Of a DNA stretch of 17,433 bases, positions 14,923-17,433 are shown one piece after another. The stretch is from Fibrobacterota bacterium (GTDB taxonomy: Bacteria > Fibrobacterota > Fibrobacteria > UBA11236): the NCBI GenBank assembly GCA_043753995.1, contig JAYUVP010000181.1:1-17433 (forward strand), written 5' to 3'. The translations under genes and the position numbers were made by a program. The number at the start of each line of letters is the position of its first letter. Positions within the stretch are counted from its first letter, which is position 1. Below the pieces are notes generated by a model. The model did no database searches. It was not told the origin of the DNA and saw only the letters and a list, made by a program, of their open reading frames with translations.

Positions 14923-16611
14923 ATGCTCAAAAGCCTTCGTGTCCGCAATTTGGTTTTGATTGAAAGCCTGGATTTGAATTTTGAAGCCGGCTTCACGGCG
15001 CTGACAGGCGAAACCGGCGCGGGCAAATCCATTTTGCTGGGCGCCTTGCAGTTGATACTCGGCGGCCGTTCGCGACCCGACCTAGTACGTCAGGGGGCCG
15101 ACAAGGTTCGCGTTGAGGCCGTATTCGACGCCCCACCCACACGCGCTTTTTCCGAGACCTTGCAAAAGTTGGAAATCGACGGCGAAGACGAATTGGTGAT
15201 CGAACGCGAAATCACCACCCAGGGAAAAAGCCGCTGCCGTGTCAACGGGCATGTGGTCACCCTAGCAGCGCTTGAGGAAATCGGTGGGCATTTAGTCGAC
15301 CTTCATGGCCAACATGCCCAACAATCCCTACTTCGCAGCGGCACGCATTTGGTTTATCTCGATGCCTTCGCGGGTCTCGAAGGCCTGGTCGAGACATATC
15401 ATCGCCGCTACCTCGTCTGGCGCGACGCGGAAAATCGTTTGCGCGACGCGGAAAGCGAATCACGCCGCGTGCGCGAGCAACTGGAATTCATCCAATTCCA
15501 GGTGAAGGAATTGGACAAGGCCTCGCTTTCGCTCGGCGAGGAAGAGCATATCGAAGCCGATTTGAAGCTGCAAAGTGGCCATGAAAAGGTGGCCCAAGGC
15601 CTGGCCGCCGCGCTTTCCCTGCTGGAAGGCGAACAGGGCGACGTGCTCGGCCGCCTAGCCAAGCTCCAAAAAGAGTTGCAGTCGCTCGCGCGTTACCTCC
15701 ATCCCGATCCCTTCGCCGAGCAGCAAGGGGCTCTCGAAGCGTCCCGGGAAAACCTGGCGGAATTACGCATGGCTTTGCGCAATTATCGCCTGCCCGAAAG
15801 CGCCGATCCCGGTAAGCTGGATGCCCTCAATGCCAAGCTCGCCTTGATCCAAAGACTGAAAAGCAAATACACCACCGACTTGCCCGGCCTCATCGCCTTG
15901 CGCGAACGCCGCAAACGCGAATTAGCGCTGGGAGAAAATGCCGAGTTTGCCACCGCCGACTTGCAGGCGAGGCGGCAAGCGGCCCTGGCCGAAGCACGAC
16001 AAGCTGCCGCCGAGCTTAGCGAATTGCGGCGAAAAGCAGCACGTGCCTTTGAGCAAGCCGTGCATTCCCACTTGCATGGACTCAGCATGGAGCAGGCACG
16101 CTTCGAAGCCCGTCTTCAACCCGAGGCCCCGCTTGCCGACGGGGGCCTAGGCTTGCAAGCCCGCGGCGCGGAATCCTTGGAGTTTTTCCTGGCAGCCAAT
16201 GCGGGCGAAGCCCTGAAGCCCATGGCGGCCATCGCCTCAGGCGGAGAAATCTCGCGCGTCATGCTGGCTCTCAAGGCCGCCCTTGCCGCCGGAGATCCCC
16301 GGCCCCTGCTGGTTTTTGACGAGCTCGACACCGGTATCGGCGGTGTTACGGCCCACAAGGTCGGGCAGTTGCTTAAGGACTTGGCCAAGCACCATCAATT
16401 GCTGGTCATCACCCATTTGCATCAGGTCGCTGCTCAGGCCGATCAACAACAGCAAGTCCGAAAAATCCTGGAAGGCGGACGCACCGTCACCCAGGTGATA
16501 CCCCTGTCGCAAAAAGACCGAGTGGCTGAACTGGCCCGCATGCTCGGCGATGAAGGCTCGAAAGCGGCTCTCAAGCATGCCAAGGAATTGCTTTCTCAGG
16601 GCGCGGGCTAG
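14923..16611 (+). CDS. recN: DNA repair protein RecN
   Basis: Walker A TGETGAGKS, LHGQHAQQ, a coiled-coil middle, signature ASGGEISRVMLA, Walker B LVFDELDTGIGG, ITHLHQVAA and ELARMLG. It follows nadK (a common gene pair) and has a GAGG SD. Confidence 0.98.
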   Translation: MLKSLRVRNLVLIESLDLNFEAGFTALTGETGAGKSILLGALQLILGGRSRPDLVRQGADKVRVEAVFDAPPTRAFSETLQKLEIDGEDELVIEREITTQGKSRCRVNGHVVTLAALEEIGGHLVDLHGQHAQQSLLRSGTHLVYLDAFAGLEGLVETYHRRYLVWRDAENRLRDAESESRRVREQLEFIQFQVKELDKASLSLGEEEHIEADLKLQSGHEKVAQGLAAALSLLEGEQGDVLGRLAKLQKELQSLARYLHPDPFAEQQGALEASRENLAELRMALRNYRLPESADPGKLDALNAKLALIQRLKSKYTTDLPGLIALRERRKRELALGENAEFATADLQARRQAALAEARQAAAELSELRRKAARAFEQAVHSHLHGLSMEQARFEARLQPEAPLADGGLGLQARGAESLEFFLAANAGEALKPMAAIASGGEISRVMLALKAALAAGDPRPLLVFDELDTGIGGVTAHKVGQLLKDLAKHHQLLVITHLHQVAAQADQQQQVRKILEGGRTVTQVIPLSQKDRVAELARMLGDEGSKAALKHAKELLSQGAG

Positions 16612-16670
16612 CCGGCAAGCCAGGGCGAGCGCAATCCGAAACTCACCGGAGTACCCAGGGCAACTAAGCC

Positions 16671-16952
16671 CTAAGGGGATGGCGTCAAATGAAAGGGGTG
16701 GCTGAAATCTTGTTTGGAATCGTCCTCCGCATTGACAACCTTGACTCGGAAAATATCCAAACGAAGCAACCGAATGAATCAAAGGTCAACAACAAAACGG
16801 CCATTGTCTGGAATTTGAGAAGCCAATCGCACTTCAAAAAGGGAGTCGGTCGGCGCATCCAAGGGGCCGTTTAAAACGGAGATCGCATAGTGGCCTTGAT
16901 AATTGTAGGGGTCATTCTTGGTTTCAATTGCGCTATTGAATCCGAAGGCCAT
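16671..16952 (-). pseudogene. Disrupted or truncated STAS-domain (anti-sigma factor antagonist-like) gene remnant
   Basis: From the ATG at 16952 the frame reads ...YAISVLNGPLDAPTDSLFEVRLASQIPDNGRFVVDL*, resembling the STAS N-terminal half (L.G.LD..T...FE..L...I.....VVDL). An in-frame TGA at 16779-16781 is followed by FIRLLRLDIFRV..., ending at TAG 16671-16673. Confidence 0.45.
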
Positions 16953-17030
16953 TATTGCGTGGGGTTTAGGCTGAAATCTCGAAAAAGGGGGATCTTTCAG
17001 GAGAGGCTCGACCGTCCCCCACCAACACAT

Positions 17031-17433
17031 TCAAACCGGGTGCATTGCGGTTTTCCTAATCAGAAACAGAGTGACGCCCAGGAAGACGAATTCGGCCGCC
17101 ACATAAGCGCCTAAAGCATTGGCTACACCGGAGGTGAATCCGTAGGAATGCAAGCCCACGCCAAGCAAATTGATGCCAAACCAGGCCATCATCACGACAA
17201 TCACACCGAGTACGCAACCCGCCGCCATGCCCAGATGTCCAATCATTTTTCCCAGCTTGGCGTGAAAGAGAATGGTTCCCCACAAAACAATCATCAAGGC
17301 TCCGTTTTCCTTTGGATCCCAACCCCAAAACCGGCCCCAGCTTTGATCGGCCCAGATGCCGCCCAGTACGGTGCCGATGAAGGAGAACAACAACCCGAAG
17401 CACAAAGTGCCGTACACCATCTTGGCGATTTCC
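17031..17433 (-). CDS. ccsA: Cytochrome c biogenesis protein CcsA/ResC (system II), C-terminal part; 5' end lies outside the window
   Basis: WWD-domain motif GTVLGGIWADQSWGRFWGWDPKENGAL, then GLHSYG with the conserved His and several hydrophobic helices. The frame stays open to the window edge (EIAKMVYG). Confidence 0.93.
   Translation of the reverse strand, partial: EIAKMVYGTLCFGLLFSFIGTVLGGIWADQSWGRFWGWDPKENGALMIVLWGTILFHAKLGKMIGHLGMAAGCVLGVIVVMMAWFGINLLGVGLHSYGFTSGVANALGAYVAAEFVFLGVTLFLIRKTAMHPV

Noticed and set aside
16779..16781. TGA as a selenocysteine codon
   Set aside because: No convincing SECIS-like hairpin follows it and the context is not a redox motif.
220..16782. Numerous antisense and alternate-frame ORFs inside the main genes
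   Set aside because: These are expected shadow ORFs in GC-rich coding DNA and have no independent support.
16689..17114. Plus-strand ORFs 16689-16874 and 16890-17114
   Set aside because: They have no recognisable motifs, and they lie antisense to the STAS-like remnant and ccsA.

Overview
This is a GC-rich bacterial window, probably from Fibrobacterota (an inference from protein architecture and promoter-like motifs). From left to right it holds: the 3' part of a very large multidomain GH9 glycoside hydrolase gene; a dienelactone hydrolase gene; a ~645-bp palindrome-rich spacer; two tandem paralogous OmpA-family outer-membrane protein genes with thrombospondin type-3-like Asp/Cys repeats, separated by a strong terminator; a tightly coupled operon trpB-trpA-chorismate mutase-tyrA(ACT)-aroA-like-nadK-recN; a small disrupted STAS-like ORF; and the 3' end of a convergent cytochrome c biogenesis gene (ccsA/resC). 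The most unusual element is the AroA-like gene. Its ORF is intact and it keeps the EPSP synthase scaffold, but nearly all catalytic and substrate-binding residues are replaced, which suggests a retained pseudoenzyme. I saw no rRNA, tRNA, CRISPR array or transposase.
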